DNA of 64,000 nt from Octopus sinensis (taxonomy: Eukaryota), in the NCBI RefSeq assembly GCF_006345805.1, contig NC_042997.1, positions 63,984,001-64,048,000 on the forward strand. Reading direction: 5' to 3'. The position numbers and the translations under genes are program-made. The notes beneath the pieces were generated by a model that saw only the letters and a program-made list of their open reading frames with translations, was not told the origin of the DNA and made no database searches. Every line of letters begins with the position of its first letter. The first letter of the stretch is position 1. This document shows, in pieces, positions 28,748 through 42,722 of the stretch.

Positions 28748-28787
<40 letters not shown>

Positions 28788-29010
28788 GATTGTGTATTTT
28801 TGTGTGTCTGTGTTGTCCCCCACCATTACTTGACAACCGATGTTAATGTGTTTACGTCCGCCGTTATTTAGTGGATCGGCAAATGAAATCGATAGACTAA
28901 ATACTAGGCTTGCAAAGAACAAGTTCTGCGATCGATTTATTCGACTAAAGGCGGTGCTCCAGCATGGCCGCAGTCAAATGTCTGAAATACATAAAAGAAT
29001 AAACGAATAT
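28601..29010. mobile_element. SINE family B fragments: 5' half on the minus strand (28601-28700), 3' half on the plus strand (28790-29010)
   Basis: ttcagtttccgccaaccaaatccactc...agaagacacttgcccaag; tgtcccccaccattacttgacaaccgatg...ggcggtgctccagcatggccgcagtcaaatg. Confidence 0.75.
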
Positions 29011-29369
29011 ATCTATATATATATAAAGCAAAGAAGAAGACAAAAAAACATTCTTTTACACATCTTTAATTATAAGTTACAAATGTTTCCGTACCATCTC
29101 TATTTGGATCGCCTGTTTACGCGGAAATTCTAAAAGAAAAATTAGCGTAATATTTGCGTTTTTAGATATTGTAGAGGTACTATCTTAGGCTTGCGACAAA
29201 TTCGTGCAATTAAATTGTGCCTTTGTCAGACCTTGTTATTAGGAAATTACCGGGAGGAAATAAAAAAGAAAAAAAATTGAAGTTTGTATGCGAGATGAGT
29301 CTGTGGGGAACATATTATGTGGATGGTGGGATCAATTCGGCGGATACGTATAATGGCTGGAGGGAGAAA

Positions 29370-29565
29370 TGAAAGGAGGAGGAAAACGAATAGAAAAAGG
29401 TGAAAGAGAAGTAGGAGGGAAAGACAAAGAAGGAAATGGAAAGAAACAAAGAGAGAAAGAAAGAAAGAAAGAAAGAAAGAAAAAAGAAAGAAAGAAGAAG
29501 AAGAAGAAGAAGAAGAAGAAGAAGAAGAAAAAGAAGAAGAAGAAGAAAAGGTAAGAGGGAGAAGT
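29370..29565. repeat. Polypurine (GAAA/GAA)n tract
   Basis: Direct reading. A complementary-type (CTT)n tract lies at ~51330-51452, and a (GAA/GAT)n tract at ~27655-27845. Confidence 0.95.
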
Positions 29566-30110
29566 TAATACAGTGGGCAGTGTTGCATATAGGTAAACGA
29601 TTTATCTAGTGGTATGCCCTTTTATTTCCGCTGCTTCGTGACCCTTACGGTAACTATCTGTTTCCTATATCCTTTTATTTTCAACCTCTTCATACCTATA
29701 TTTGTCTGCTCCATAGCAGACTAATGTAGGGTTTGTCAGCAGCATCCTAGACGAGTTCATCTTCGTCGGAGCCCTCTTCGCTGTTCTCAGTGTAATCGGA
29801 CATGTGCCTCCGGAATGGGCCTTTTCAGCCACGAGAGCGCCTGCCAACGCCATCAAGACAACCCCTAAGGATCAAAGACGAAATTGCTATCTGTCAAGAT
29901 GAACTGCTTTAAACAAGTAGGCATATACATATGTATATGCGTGTATACATATACATATATATATATATGTATATATATGCATATAGAGATACATATAGGC
30001 GTAGATATGTATATATGTATGTAATTGTGTGTATATATGTGTCTGTACGTAAGTGAATATGCATGTATAGGTATCTATGATGTGTGTATGTATGTTTTAT
30101 TATATGTATA

Positions 30111-30181
<71 letters not shown>

Positions 30182-30234
30182 TATTATATATATATAATAT
30201 ATATATATATATTATATGTCTGTAAATAAAACAA

Positions 30235-31065
30235 AGTTATTGTATTCCACACGGGTAGAAATATAAGAACAGTAGAAGTTGAAAATGCACTGAGAATAGT
30301 TAAAATATTTTTTATTAATAATATATTTAAGGCTTTACCCGGTTTCACAGTTTACACTGGTTTTCAAACAGTTCTAATAGAGAAACGTGGTTAATGTCGA
30401 AGCTGTCTTGCTTCTGACTAGTGTTTCAAGATTGCCCTATTTTTATAGGGAGTTCATGGCTCAAATTAGCATACGTCTTGAAGAGGATTTAATTAGTAGA
30501 GGATGGTCACATGATTGGTCTTAGAAATTTTTGTAGGTTTCCCGCTACGCCTGTGTGTTTCTGCCAAGTGACAATGTTTGGTGTCGTAAGTTAAGTCTGA
30601 CACTGTTGACTGCACGTCCTAACAAGCAATGCTTTGAATGTTTTCTGTCAAGTGTTTGTAGAGAATGAACACATGATTAAGTTTATTATCTTTTGTACGT
30701 TTCCCGCTACGTTCGTATGCAAGTATCACGTGACAGTACATTCTGCGCCTAAAAGAAGACCAACACGGCTGAGTGAATATGGTTAGTTATAACCAAGGCC
30801 CTCCAAATTTAATCTGTCTGGTAGGGAGTAGACAGGCGCCGTTTGTATGTAGTCCAGTGGCTAAAAATTTAGGTTGTTAGCTGTGTAGGTTCCTCATGAG
30901 AAGTGGCAGAATGAATTTGTGTGTGAATGGTTATTTGTGTATCTACTCTGTTAAAGTTTGTTAAGTCTTGGTTTAAACCTTTGTATGATAGTACTTTCTT
31001 TGTTTATCCGTGCTTCATCTGTAGTATTCGCTGAACGTAGTTAGAGCGGAAAACCTGGAATTGGG
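30235..31065 (-). mobile_element. Decayed Penelope-like element 3' end
   Basis: Minus strand near 31060-30955 reads FPL*LRSANTTDEARINKESTIIQRFKPRLNKL*, resembling the PLE C-terminus seen at 28 kb. It is followed by a non-coding tail with a degenerate hammerhead-like motif at 30331-30371. Confidence 0.6.
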
Positions 31066-31152
31066 GGACAAGCATTATACATGTAGAGTATTTGTATATT
31101 ATATATATATATATATAATATATATATATTATATATATATAGATATATATAT

Positions 31153-31228
<76 letters not shown>

Positions 31229-31536
31229 TATATAATATATATTATGATATAATATATATATATGAATATTTGTTTGTATGTATAGATAGTATGTGCATAT
31301 TATGTGTACGCATAAGTATCTCCCTTTCTGTGTATAAATTTATGTTTGCATATGGGTCTACGTGTTTGTGTATGTGTACTTATGGGTGTATATATGTATG
31401 CGTTTGCGTATATTTGTATATGTGCATGTGCATGGATATATGTGGGTATTTGTGTGTGTAGGTATAAGTGTGTATGGATAGAGATATATGTGTATCGCCC
31501 GTAATTTCGGTTTTTTATCATTTAATTAAACCTTAG

Positions 31537-31821
31537 GGATCTTTTCCTTTTGATGGACGGAATTTTCTAGTTAACTAAACAATTTGAAACTTCGAATACT
31601 GGTAGAATGTGTCAACAGAAAACATTATTGTAAACCAAATTGAAAACCAAATTGTAATTTGTAAGTTTAACGTAGTTTAATTCTTCGAATTTTAACCAAT
31701 GAAATGCCAGCATTTTCAATTTGGTTTACAAAATGTTTTCTTTTGACACATTCTACCAGTATTCGAAGTTTCAAATTGTTTAGTTAACTAGAAAATTCCG
31801 TCCATCAAAAGGAAAAGATCC
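31537..31821. repeat. Inverted repeat (~110-bp arms, 66-nt spacer); MITE or PLE-derived
   Basis: 31537-31646 is the reverse complement of 31713-31821, with 2 differences seen. Confidence 0.85.
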
Positions 31822-31988
31822 AACCATAGCAGTATAATTTTGTCTAGTTCGGAATTACCCTGCCCAATCTCTGATTAAATTACCACTACTAATGTGTGTG
31901 CAAATATATTTCCGGGGATATATGTGGGTGTATGTTATATAAATATATATATATATATGCGATATATATATATATATAATATAATATA

Positions 31989-32020
<32 letters not shown>

Positions 32021-32152
32021 TTTACTCTTTTACTATTTTACTTGTTTCAGTCATTTGACTGCGGCCATGCTGGGGCACCGCCTTCAATCGAGGAACTCGA
32101 CCCCGGGACTTACATTCTTTGTAAGCCCAGTACTTATTCTATCGGTCTCTTT
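32021..32152 (-). mobile_element. SINE family B, 3' end
   Basis: cttgtttcagtcatttgactgcggccatgctggggcaccgcc...tacttattctatcggtctc. Confidence 0.78.
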
Positions 32153-32319
32153 TTTATTTATTTATTTATATATATGCGTATATATATCTATATACAGGGA
32201 GAATATATATATATATATTATATTATATATATATTTATATAATATAATGTAAACGTCGTATGTAAACAAACAAGTTTGTTTTCGAAGCGTTGAAATGTAT
32301 TGTAGAACAAGTACAAAGA

Positions 32320-32374
32320 GAAATTTTATTCAATGCATATATACTGAACAGTAATATATATAATATATTATATA

Positions 32375-32423
<49 letters not shown>

Positions 32424-32460
32424 CTACTGTTCAGTATCTATGCGTTGAATAAAAATTTTC
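32320..32460. repeat. Imperfect ~35-bp inverted repeats enclosing a (TA)n array
   Basis: gaaattttattcaatgcatatatactgaacagta versus tactgttcagtatctatgcgttgaataaaaattttc. Confidence 0.65.
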
Positions 32461-32962
32461 TTCCTTCTTGTTAAATATACATATATATATAACATCTATA
32501 TTCCTCCCTATGCCTGTGAAATCCTGTATACCTGCCGTAAGGCTTTACTTCAACACACGCCACCTTAATTTAATACGTCCTTAGTCGAGAGATACCTGTT
32601 GTTATGTCCTGTTATTTGTATTTGTGTAACGTTCTCCGTCTTTTTTCCGTCCTTGTTTTCGTATGCATTCGCTGCTTTCCTCCAAAGAATCTAATGCTCT
32701 TAGCTTAGTTTTTTCCTTGAAGCTGGCCCGGGGGGAGCAATCTCGAGTATAACCAACAGAAATTGCAAAGATAATATGGAACTCAACTGAGGAAAGAAAA
32801 CTCCGATTGACCCGTCCTCGTTTTCTGTGTATCATCTATATGGATGTTTTGTAGTCCATTTTTTTGTATCACCTAAAAGTGTGGAATTTTGCGTTCTTGT
32901 CCCATTTTGTATTTATATATACTATATATATATATATATATATGTCTTTACATACATACATG

Positions 32963-33012
<50 letters not shown>

Positions 33013-33084
33013 CGTATATGTAATTCATGTGGTAAATTATAAATGACATGTATCATGTTATACGATTGAATAACTTTTATATAG

Positions 33085-33232
33085 TAGTAATTTAGTTATC
33101 ATTAAGCTAGTATTAAGAACATAAATTGTGACTAAAGTTTGGTGGAAGATTTTAATTCAAAACCTATGGAAACAAAACATTTGTACTCAGAGCCAGAGCC
33201 GGTTTCAGCCGGGTTGGTAACAAAAGGGTTAA
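33085..33232 (-). mobile_element. One end of a piggyBac-like MITE
   Basis: Ends ...gggttggtaacaaaaGGG|TTAA (TTAA-CCC terminus). The other end was not found. Confidence 0.45.
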
Positions 33233-33413
33233 AGACTTGTCTACATACTCACAATGGAGTATGCGCACATAGCTTTCTGTGTGTGCTTCGATGTATACCA
33301 AAATAGAATCAGCTTACTTTCTCTCAAAAGTTTATAAAATTCTTATGATGTCAACAACAATTCTGAATGGTAGAAATAAAGCTACTAAAATTGATATAGA
33401 AATTTGAAGGATT

Positions 33414-33480
33414 GCTTTGCTACAATGGTAGAGCATCTGTCATGTTTTCAGGGGATGTGAGTTCAAGTCCCATGGAAAAC
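33414..33480 (+). pseudogene. Degenerate tRNA-like sequence (pseudogene or SINE head)
   Basis: A-box/D-arm gctacaatggtagagc and B-box/T-arm gtgagttcaagtcccat are present; acceptor and anticodon stems are mismatched. Confidence 0.45.
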
Positions 33481-33603
33481 CTTTGACTTTTTCTATTCAA
33501 AAGGATTTTTCAGCCCAATATCTATGTGCTATTAATTATAACATTATGTGTGTGCTTTCAGATATTCCCAAAAAGAATTCATGTACTCTCAAAAGTCTAT
33601 AAA

Positions 33604-33659
<56 letters not shown>

Positions 33660-33662
33660 TAT

Positions 33663-34274
33663 ATGAGGTCTGATCAGTAAGTATCCAGAATGTTGCCATG
33701 GTGATGGAGCTAAAGCATGCAGTCTGAAGCCGTTTTGCACAGTTTGACCTTGAACTCTGCTGTGCATGTGCACTAGGCTTCAACATTCTGGCTCACTCCC
33801 ACTATTTACAGCGGTGCTTGGAGGGAGGAGGTGTGGCCTGTGATCGTCACATTGACCTTGACAGACAAAGTTGTCATGCCGATACCTGCTCAGGGGCCTA
33901 CACACACTTGCAAAAAGTGTATAGGGAGGAATGTATGAGCTGCACACAAGTGTACAAGTGGTACAGACGTTTTCAAGATGGCCCAAGAAAATGTTGATAT
34001 TGATAAACGTTCTGGGAGACCCACAACCAACAGAACTGAGAAAAAACATTGCAGATATGCATGCAGTTGTGAGGGGAAATTGTCAAATCATCATTTGTGA
34101 GATATCAGAGGATGTACAGATTAGTTAAGGTTCAGTTCATTATCACTGAAGATTTGGGTATGAGACGTGTGTCTACCAAGTTTGTACCAAAACTGCTCTC
34201 AGCTGACCAAAAAGACACTTGGATTTCAGTTGCACAAGATGTCCTTGATTGTGTTGAGAATAATAAAAACTTTG
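33663..34274 (+). mobile_element. Mariner 5' fragment (TIR plus transposase N-terminus)
   Basis: Starts ta|tgaggtctgatcagtaagtatccag. Peptides LQKVYREECMSCTQVYKWYRRFQDG, KRSGRPTT and LGMRRVSTKFVPKLLSADQK (WVPHEL-equivalent motif). Confidence 0.88.
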
Positions 34275-34420
34275 CATTGGCCTCTGAGGAGGTATTGCCA
34301 AGCCTTTGGCAAAAGTTGATGCGGATTCTCTGCTCAGTTTTCTCTGTCATTGTCAGTGTGGTGATCTTCATCCTGAAAGATAAATCCTTCATCGGCCTTC
34401 ACTGCTTATTAGAATACCTT
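34275..34420 (-). mobile_element. Second mariner N-terminal fragment in opposite orientation
   Basis: Minus strand reads MTEKTEQRIRINFCQRLGNTSSEA, a typical mariner start, and is similar to 33800-33870. Confidence 0.7.
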
Positions 34421-35389
34421 GGTAACAAAGGAACATTTGAGAAAATCTATTTACATTGTGCACTTTGTGTTTATTACCCCTGTGCACCTGCCATATTTAA
34501 AACCTGCTCTCTGTCTTCGTCTACCTATGATTTCACAGCACTCTTTGAAAGTTCATAGTTTACACTGGGTACATTGTTTTGCATATTGAAAGAATCCATT
34601 TCTCTGAGGGAAGTAGAGTTTATTTTACTTTTGTTTTTAGTAATACTTTCATCTTTGCTATATTTACTTTGAGGCATTTTACTTCAAGGTTTTCTCCAAC
34701 ACATAGCACCCATGCCAGCATGGAAGGCAGATATTAAATGATGATTGTGATGGTACTTCTCTCATTCTACAACAGATCCATCTATAAGTATGTGGTCATC
34801 AGCATACCTGAGTTGCTATGGACAGTCAATCTTATGTTCAATAGAAGGGAACCAACTTGAGCTTGAGTTGACCCTATGTGCTAAATTTATCGTTGTACTC
34901 ATTGATGACTCTCCTTTTCCCTCTCTCTCATGTGCACTCATATCTAAGAATGTGTGTGTGTGTAGCCATTGCTTGATTATCTCCCATTACTGAATCCTTG
35001 TGTTTTACTATTTTATTCCTCATCATTGAAAGTTTTGCTTTGTTCAGTCTCTCTCTCTCTCTCTCGATCTCGATCTGTCTTTATTTTTCTCTAACACATT
35101 AAGCACTTCTTTCATCTCTGTTTCCTTTTCTCTTTCCATCGCAGTTCTCTGATTCCTATTGTTCTAATTTCTGAAAACTTCTCTTACTGTTTCTGCCTCT
35201 CTCTCTCTCTCTCTCATATTATTACGACCTCTTATTTTATTTCAACTTCTTTCCCCTCTCTTTCATTGTTTGTCATTCCATTTTTAATTCCTTTTAGTTT
35301 AATGGAAGTTGAGTTTTGTGGGTGTGACTTCAAATTGCATGGCCAAAAGTTGTTGACATTTTTATTAGCAATTTATAAAATAATACACC

Positions 35390-35625
35390 ATCCGAGCGTG
35401 GCCGTTCGCCAGCCTCGTCTGGCACCTGTGTCGGTGGCACATAAAATCACCCACTACACTCTCGGAGTGGTTGGCGTTAGGAAGGGCATCCAGCTGTAGA
35501 AACACTGCCAGATCTGACTGGCCTGGTGCAGCCTTCGGGCTCCCCAGACTCCAGTTGAACCGTCCAACCCATGCTAGCATGGAAAGCGGACGTTAAATGA
35601 GGATGATGATGATGATGATGATGAT
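35390..35625 (+). mobile_element. SINE/LINE 3' fragment with (GAT)n tail
   Basis: ggcgttaggaagggcatccagctgtagaaac...aacccatgctagcatggaaagcggacgttaaatga(gat)n. A remnant of the same tail lies at ~34706-34752. Confidence 0.75.
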
Positions 35626-36484
35626 AAGCACGTATGTCGTGAACTACTCTGAAACCATTGAAGCAGTGCTCAGTTGTTATTTTACCGAATGTGATACATT
35701 GCTATATTTTCCAGGAAAATTATCCCACCTTGTTCACCTCTTCCATTTAACTATCCGGAATTTTCGCTCACTTCGTACCAACATCTGCAGTGAAGGTGAT
35801 GGTGAATTCCACATTAGAATTACTCCTTTCAGAATATACAATATTGCCTTTCTTTTCAACTTTACCCATTACAAATGTAAGGCTGAACTTTAGCCTTAAC
35901 CAGTCAGTAAATTAGTTATCCAAGCACCTCAAAGAAAAGAATTGGTGTATATGGCTTTTGTATAAGCGAGAAAGAAGTTCATGTTAAAAGAAACATGCAT
36001 ATATATAAAATTCAGGATTGTGAAATATTAATCAACAACATCTCCCATTCAGACAATGGATTAAGTGAAGAAAATACAACATGCCACTACAAATAGACAT
36101 GCAATCCTTCCTATGGAAGTGCAGAAGATTCTTCGAAATATATTAGGAAAAAATGTAAAACAGTCAAATTTTTATAAGTTCTGTATAACTATGTAAAACG
36201 AAGTGCTGAATCTACTCAGGCCAAGACAAAGTACAAACACTCTATATATATAGAGAGGGGTAGAGCGAAGGAGGGAGGAATAACAATGGAAAGAGGATGG
36301 CAGTAGGGAAGGACTAGAGGTGGTCATTTAGCAATGGCCAAGCTAATTGCATGCTCTAAATCACTGTGACGTATCTACATAAACTAAACGAACTAAATTT
36401 CCTTATACAAAAAAATCTACAGAGATACAACAGAATCATGCCAAAACAGAGAAGTACTACAAAATATGATTTCATTATTTTAAA

Positions 36485-36526
<42 letters not shown>

Positions 36527-36580
36527 ATCATCATCATCATCATCATAATCATCATTATTATTATTATTGGTATTACGAAC

Positions 36581-36673
36581 CAGTAGTGGCTTTGCGTTCT
36601 GATCGCTCTCTTCTTGGCTAGACAGTTTGAATCTGATGTAGGATGAGTTAGACTGGGAGGAGCACGGCACAAA
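36581..36673 (-). CDS. Probable internal (M3-M4 loop) exon of the same nAChR-like gene
   Basis: Strong acceptor ttttcgttttgttacag|TTT and 31 open codons FVPCSSQSNSSYIRFKLSSQEESDQNAKPLL. Donor is CTG|gttcgt (weaker). Phase 0/0 matches both flanking exons, and the segment is a GC-richer island in AT-rich surroundings. Confidence 0.6.
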
Positions 36674-36747
36674 CTGTAACAAAACGAAAACTATAAGCAA
36701 TCAACGAATAAGCAAGGGAGGGGAAAAGCTGTTTGGTATATTTTACA

Positions 36748-36810
<63 letters not shown>

Positions 36811-37427
36811 ATATACTATATATATATATATATACATATATATAAATATATATATGCATGTATGTATGTATGTGTTTGTATATATATATTCACACATATA
36901 TTATTATAGTTATATAATTTTATATGTACATATAAAACAAGGTCAAATACATGCACGAAGATGATGGGCCTGGAATTGCCCGATAAACCTATGTTCCCCA
37001 ATAATTGCCCAATGCAAAATTAATTATACATACGCGATTGCATACACATAAACGAAATATAGACGCACATATTTATTCGTCTATATCTGCGGCTATATGA
37101 CTAGTAATCTATTCGTGTATACTGGAATAACGTTGAAGGAAAAATCCTTACTCAATTTGTAGGCACAAATCAGTTATGTTATTGTTAATAAAAACAAAGT
37201 AGTTGAATGTATTTTTATGTCTCCAGAATATTGCATGTTGCTCTTAGGAGCTTGTCAATTTGTTTTATATATTAAATAACATATTCATAATTTCATTTGG
37301 ACGAAACATTTATTTAATTCTATAACAGATATATATCAAGAAAAATTATGTTTATAACAATATTTACGGAAAGACGAGAAAGTCAATTGCAAAAATTAAA
37401 TAATATCGTAAAATTGTGTGGCAATAC

Positions 37428-39227
<1,800 letters not shown>

Positions 39228-39401
39228 ATATATATATATACATATACATATATATGCGTATTTGTATGTGTAGATATGCATCCATACATACATACAAATA
39301 TATATATGTATAATGTGTGTACCAAGCTATAAAAAAACATGTACATGTATATGCATGTACCTTCGAGGATACACACACAAGCACAGACACTATCCACTTA
39401 T

Positions 39402-39438
<37 letters not shown>

Positions 39439-40144
39439 TTGATTGATACATCTTAATCAACGATCGAAGTTAAGGGCCAATGTCCATTTAGCGGGGTCTC
39501 TGAAACCAGTGGCGATAGGAATAATCAACTGATAATTATTTCTCTTACCATATTAAATCAAAGAACATCAAGATATCGATTAATTTTCTCATAAAAAATC
39601 TGCTTTTTTTCCCAATTGCTACGAATTGATATAACAACAGACATCTTTTTCTTACAAATGTTTTTCTTTGTTAATTTTTCAAATTGCTGATAGCCATTCA
39701 ACTCTATACCTCCTTCACCATATGGGAAAGTTTACCGCCTCTGCTGTCCATGTTTTTAATTAGAACTTTTAGCAGGCGATATAAATTCAGTTCAAAAGGT
39801 TCCAAATGAGTTAACCTGATGTACTTATTGGCATTCCAGTATAAATACACCGATTTTAATTTCAAAGTTGAAACGCATACAAGGAGAGTATATTTGGAAG
39901 AACCCTCATATCTATTGTTACTCTTCCTCCAGCTTATGAGGTATTTGCAGCTTTTTTTGCAAGGAAACATCGTAGTGACTCCAGATGTATTTTTGTTGCA
40001 ATAATGTAAATGAAATTGCGCTTTAAAATGAAAACCGTAAGAAATTGGGAACATATTTTAAACAGTAAATTACAGTAGTACCCTCTAAAAAATAGAAAAG
40101 AAACATAATTTCTACACTAGAGTTGGAGATCCATGAATACATTT

Positions 40145-40600
40145 CGCAATAATAGTTTCTACTAAAATCATAAATAATTGTCTGGTACTATCGACCTAAT
40201 TATTTGACTAGTACTTTATTTTATCGAACTCGAAATAATGAAAGGCTGAGTTTACCTCGAACGCATTTTGAACTAAGAACATAGAGCCCGAAAATATACC
40301 ACAAGAACTTTTCAACATGTAACAATTCTGCCAACACGCCGCCATAAATTGTATTAGTTTCAAATTATGGCAGAAGACAAGAAATTTCAGAGAGGGGTAA
40401 ATTCATTACATCGATATCAATACTCGATTAGTTCTTTATTATCGAGTCTGAAAAAGATGAAAGGAAATTCGAGCCTCGACGGAATTTGAACTCAAAGCAG
40501 AGGAAATGTTGCATAGTATTTGCTCAGCGTGCTAACTATTCTGTCAGAACGCCGCCTTAAATTATATGAATAATAATGTGTAGCTGTGTGAAAGAAAAAG
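40145..40600 (-). mobile_element. Two old family A SINE copies in tandem
   Basis: Degenerate cores ending ttctgccaacacgccgcc (~40345) and ttctgtcagaacgccgccttaa (~40600). Confidence 0.65.
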
Positions 40601-41570
40601 GAGAATATCATAAATGTTTTATTTATACTTATTTTATCGTTAAGGCAACTAGTAAGATAGAAACAGGTGAGATTCGTACACATTGATTAAAGTGACGGGG
40701 CTAAATATTTCGATCATCGACCCCATACTGATACCACGAAATGTGTTAATTTTAAAGGAATACAAAAAGGAATATATTATGAATGCTTTTAAAAGCTAAA
40801 GTCAAATAAATTCAGACGAATCAACGAATGAAATAAAATAAAGAAATAAAGAATGAATGAATCAGTTAACAGGAAAATATAAAAGTCTCAAAGAAAACGA
40901 AACAATATATTCATGTAAATTTAAATCATTTAAACGAATTTCTTTGCATTTATCGTTCCTTTTTTTTTTCGAGTATTATTTATTCACCAAAAAGATCCTT
41001 CTACAGTGTTTGATAAATGAAGTGAAAAAGACGTAACATATAAAAAGTAAAATGAGTAAATATTAATGCTTCAATAAAACAAAAGACAGATTAGCTCAAT
41101 ACAAAGCGCCGCAAGCGACATGACTTTTCAATGTCTAGAGCAAGGTTTAGGAAGGTAGTATTGGTTGGGGTAAGAAGGGGAAATAAAATGGGGCTGAATT
41201 GAATAAGGAAAAGCTGAGCAAAAGGAAATTAAAGAAAATCGTTGAATACAAAATACAGAAAAGTGAAGGACAGAATTAGTGATGAATCTTATTGTTTTTC
41301 ATTATAAACGATAAAATATAAAGAACGAATCTCGTTCTTAGGATGTAGAGTGGTGTGTATAAAGCAATGGGGAAGTTTAGGGAACCCTTTGCAATTTAGG
41401 GAGAGCGGGTGTGGTATTATGGGAAATAAATGACGGCGGTATATTTTAAAAATTCGTTGGTACAAAGCAGACTCACAGAAAGATATATATATAAGTATGT
41501 ATGCGTGTATGTACACACATATACCTACATACATTCTCCGTCTTCCTTTCTTTAGACCTTTTTTTCTATG

Positions 41571-41603
41571 TTTCTGACGAAGAGCTCCGCTCGAAACGTT
41601 AAA
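41571..41603 (+). ncRNA. Hammerhead-like motif within a pyrimidine-rich PLE-type short repeat (~41530-41700)
   Basis: ttt CTGACGA a gagc-tcc-gctc GAAA cg TT aaa. Core is intact with one extra A after A9; helix III is the palindrome ACGU. Confidence 0.55.
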
Positions 41604-41770
41604 TCCTCCTTCCTTCTTTCCTTTCCTAAGCGTCCAATAACACTATACTTATTACACGTCCTCGCGTTGTTGTGTTTTCTCTTTGTTCATGTTTGGACTA
41701 ACTATACATACATACATACGTACGGACGTACGTACGTACATACATACATACATACATACACACATACATA

Positions 41771-41814
<44 letters not shown>

Positions 41815-41934
41815 GTATGTATATATGTATATATGTTTATATAAATTTACCCAAAGATTATATACACATATACATGCACACACATACACACAGACACACA
41901 CACATATATTTATGGACGCGAGAAGAAGTTAAGA

Positions 41935-42722
41935 ATCCATTGTGTCCAATGATGTTAAGATGGATAAAGTAACTGTGTTCCGAATCAAGAAGGCTAGCTC
42001 CGTTTTCGGTAAGATTTATCACAGGCTTTTGGTTCAGCCACGACGTATGGTTGAAGGTGAAAATCAGCGTGTATAGTCGGTGGTCTTGTCAACATAATCT
42101 TATGGTGCTGAATCTTAGACCCTGTATTGAAATCACATCAACCAGCTTGACGCTTTTCATATGCAATACTCCAACATAAAACCGAGTGGCCATATTGATA
42201 AGAGTGAGGTACTAAAAGAATGCAACATGTCAAGTATTGACGCCATCCTCATCAAAATACAGTTTATATGGCCAGGTAATCTCTCATGTATGAATTATAT
42301 CAGAATTCCAAAGCAACTTCCCTTTGGCCAATTCCCAACAGGAAGGTCAGTTGAAAGGCCACTTTTGCGCTTCAAAGACAATTTAAAGGAATCTGAAGCG
42401 ATGCAACATTACCTTTTCTTCCTGAGAAAACAAACCATCAGAATGCAGGAATTGCCAGTAGTCCTGCTTCTCCTCAGTTCAAAGATTTACCAACTTCGTT
42501 CAAGCAGGTAAATAGAAACCTTTCCTGTCATTGTAGTTTTGTGGTACGAAGCAAAGCAGGCCCTGCATTCCACTCAAGAAAACACGTAGTAAATGATCAA
42601 CAAGCACTGAATTTGTTTGATTTGTCAAAATGTCTGCAAGGCATCCAGCAGGCATCAAGAGAAATATTTATGCCTATAGGACATGATTAACGCTTAATTT
42701 TACTGAACCCTCATTTGTTGTT
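41935..42722 (+). mobile_element. RTE-clade LINE 3' fragment
   Basis: Reads RIKKASSVFGKIYHRL, INQLDAFHM and EVLKECNMSSIDAILIKIQFIWPGNLSCMNYIRIPKQLPFGQFPTGRSVERPLLRFKDNLK, matching the RTE C-terminal pattern; frameshifted. Confidence 0.88.

Noticed and set aside
32540-32900. Repeat-like segment with ctgagga...gtc suggesting a hammerhead
   Set aside because: It lacks GAAA and helix I pairing; probably a repeat, but the class cannot be established.
39600-40054. 116-aa minus ORF with a mariner-TIR-like tatgagggttcttccaaa
   Set aside because: There is no recognisable transposase motif or second TIR.
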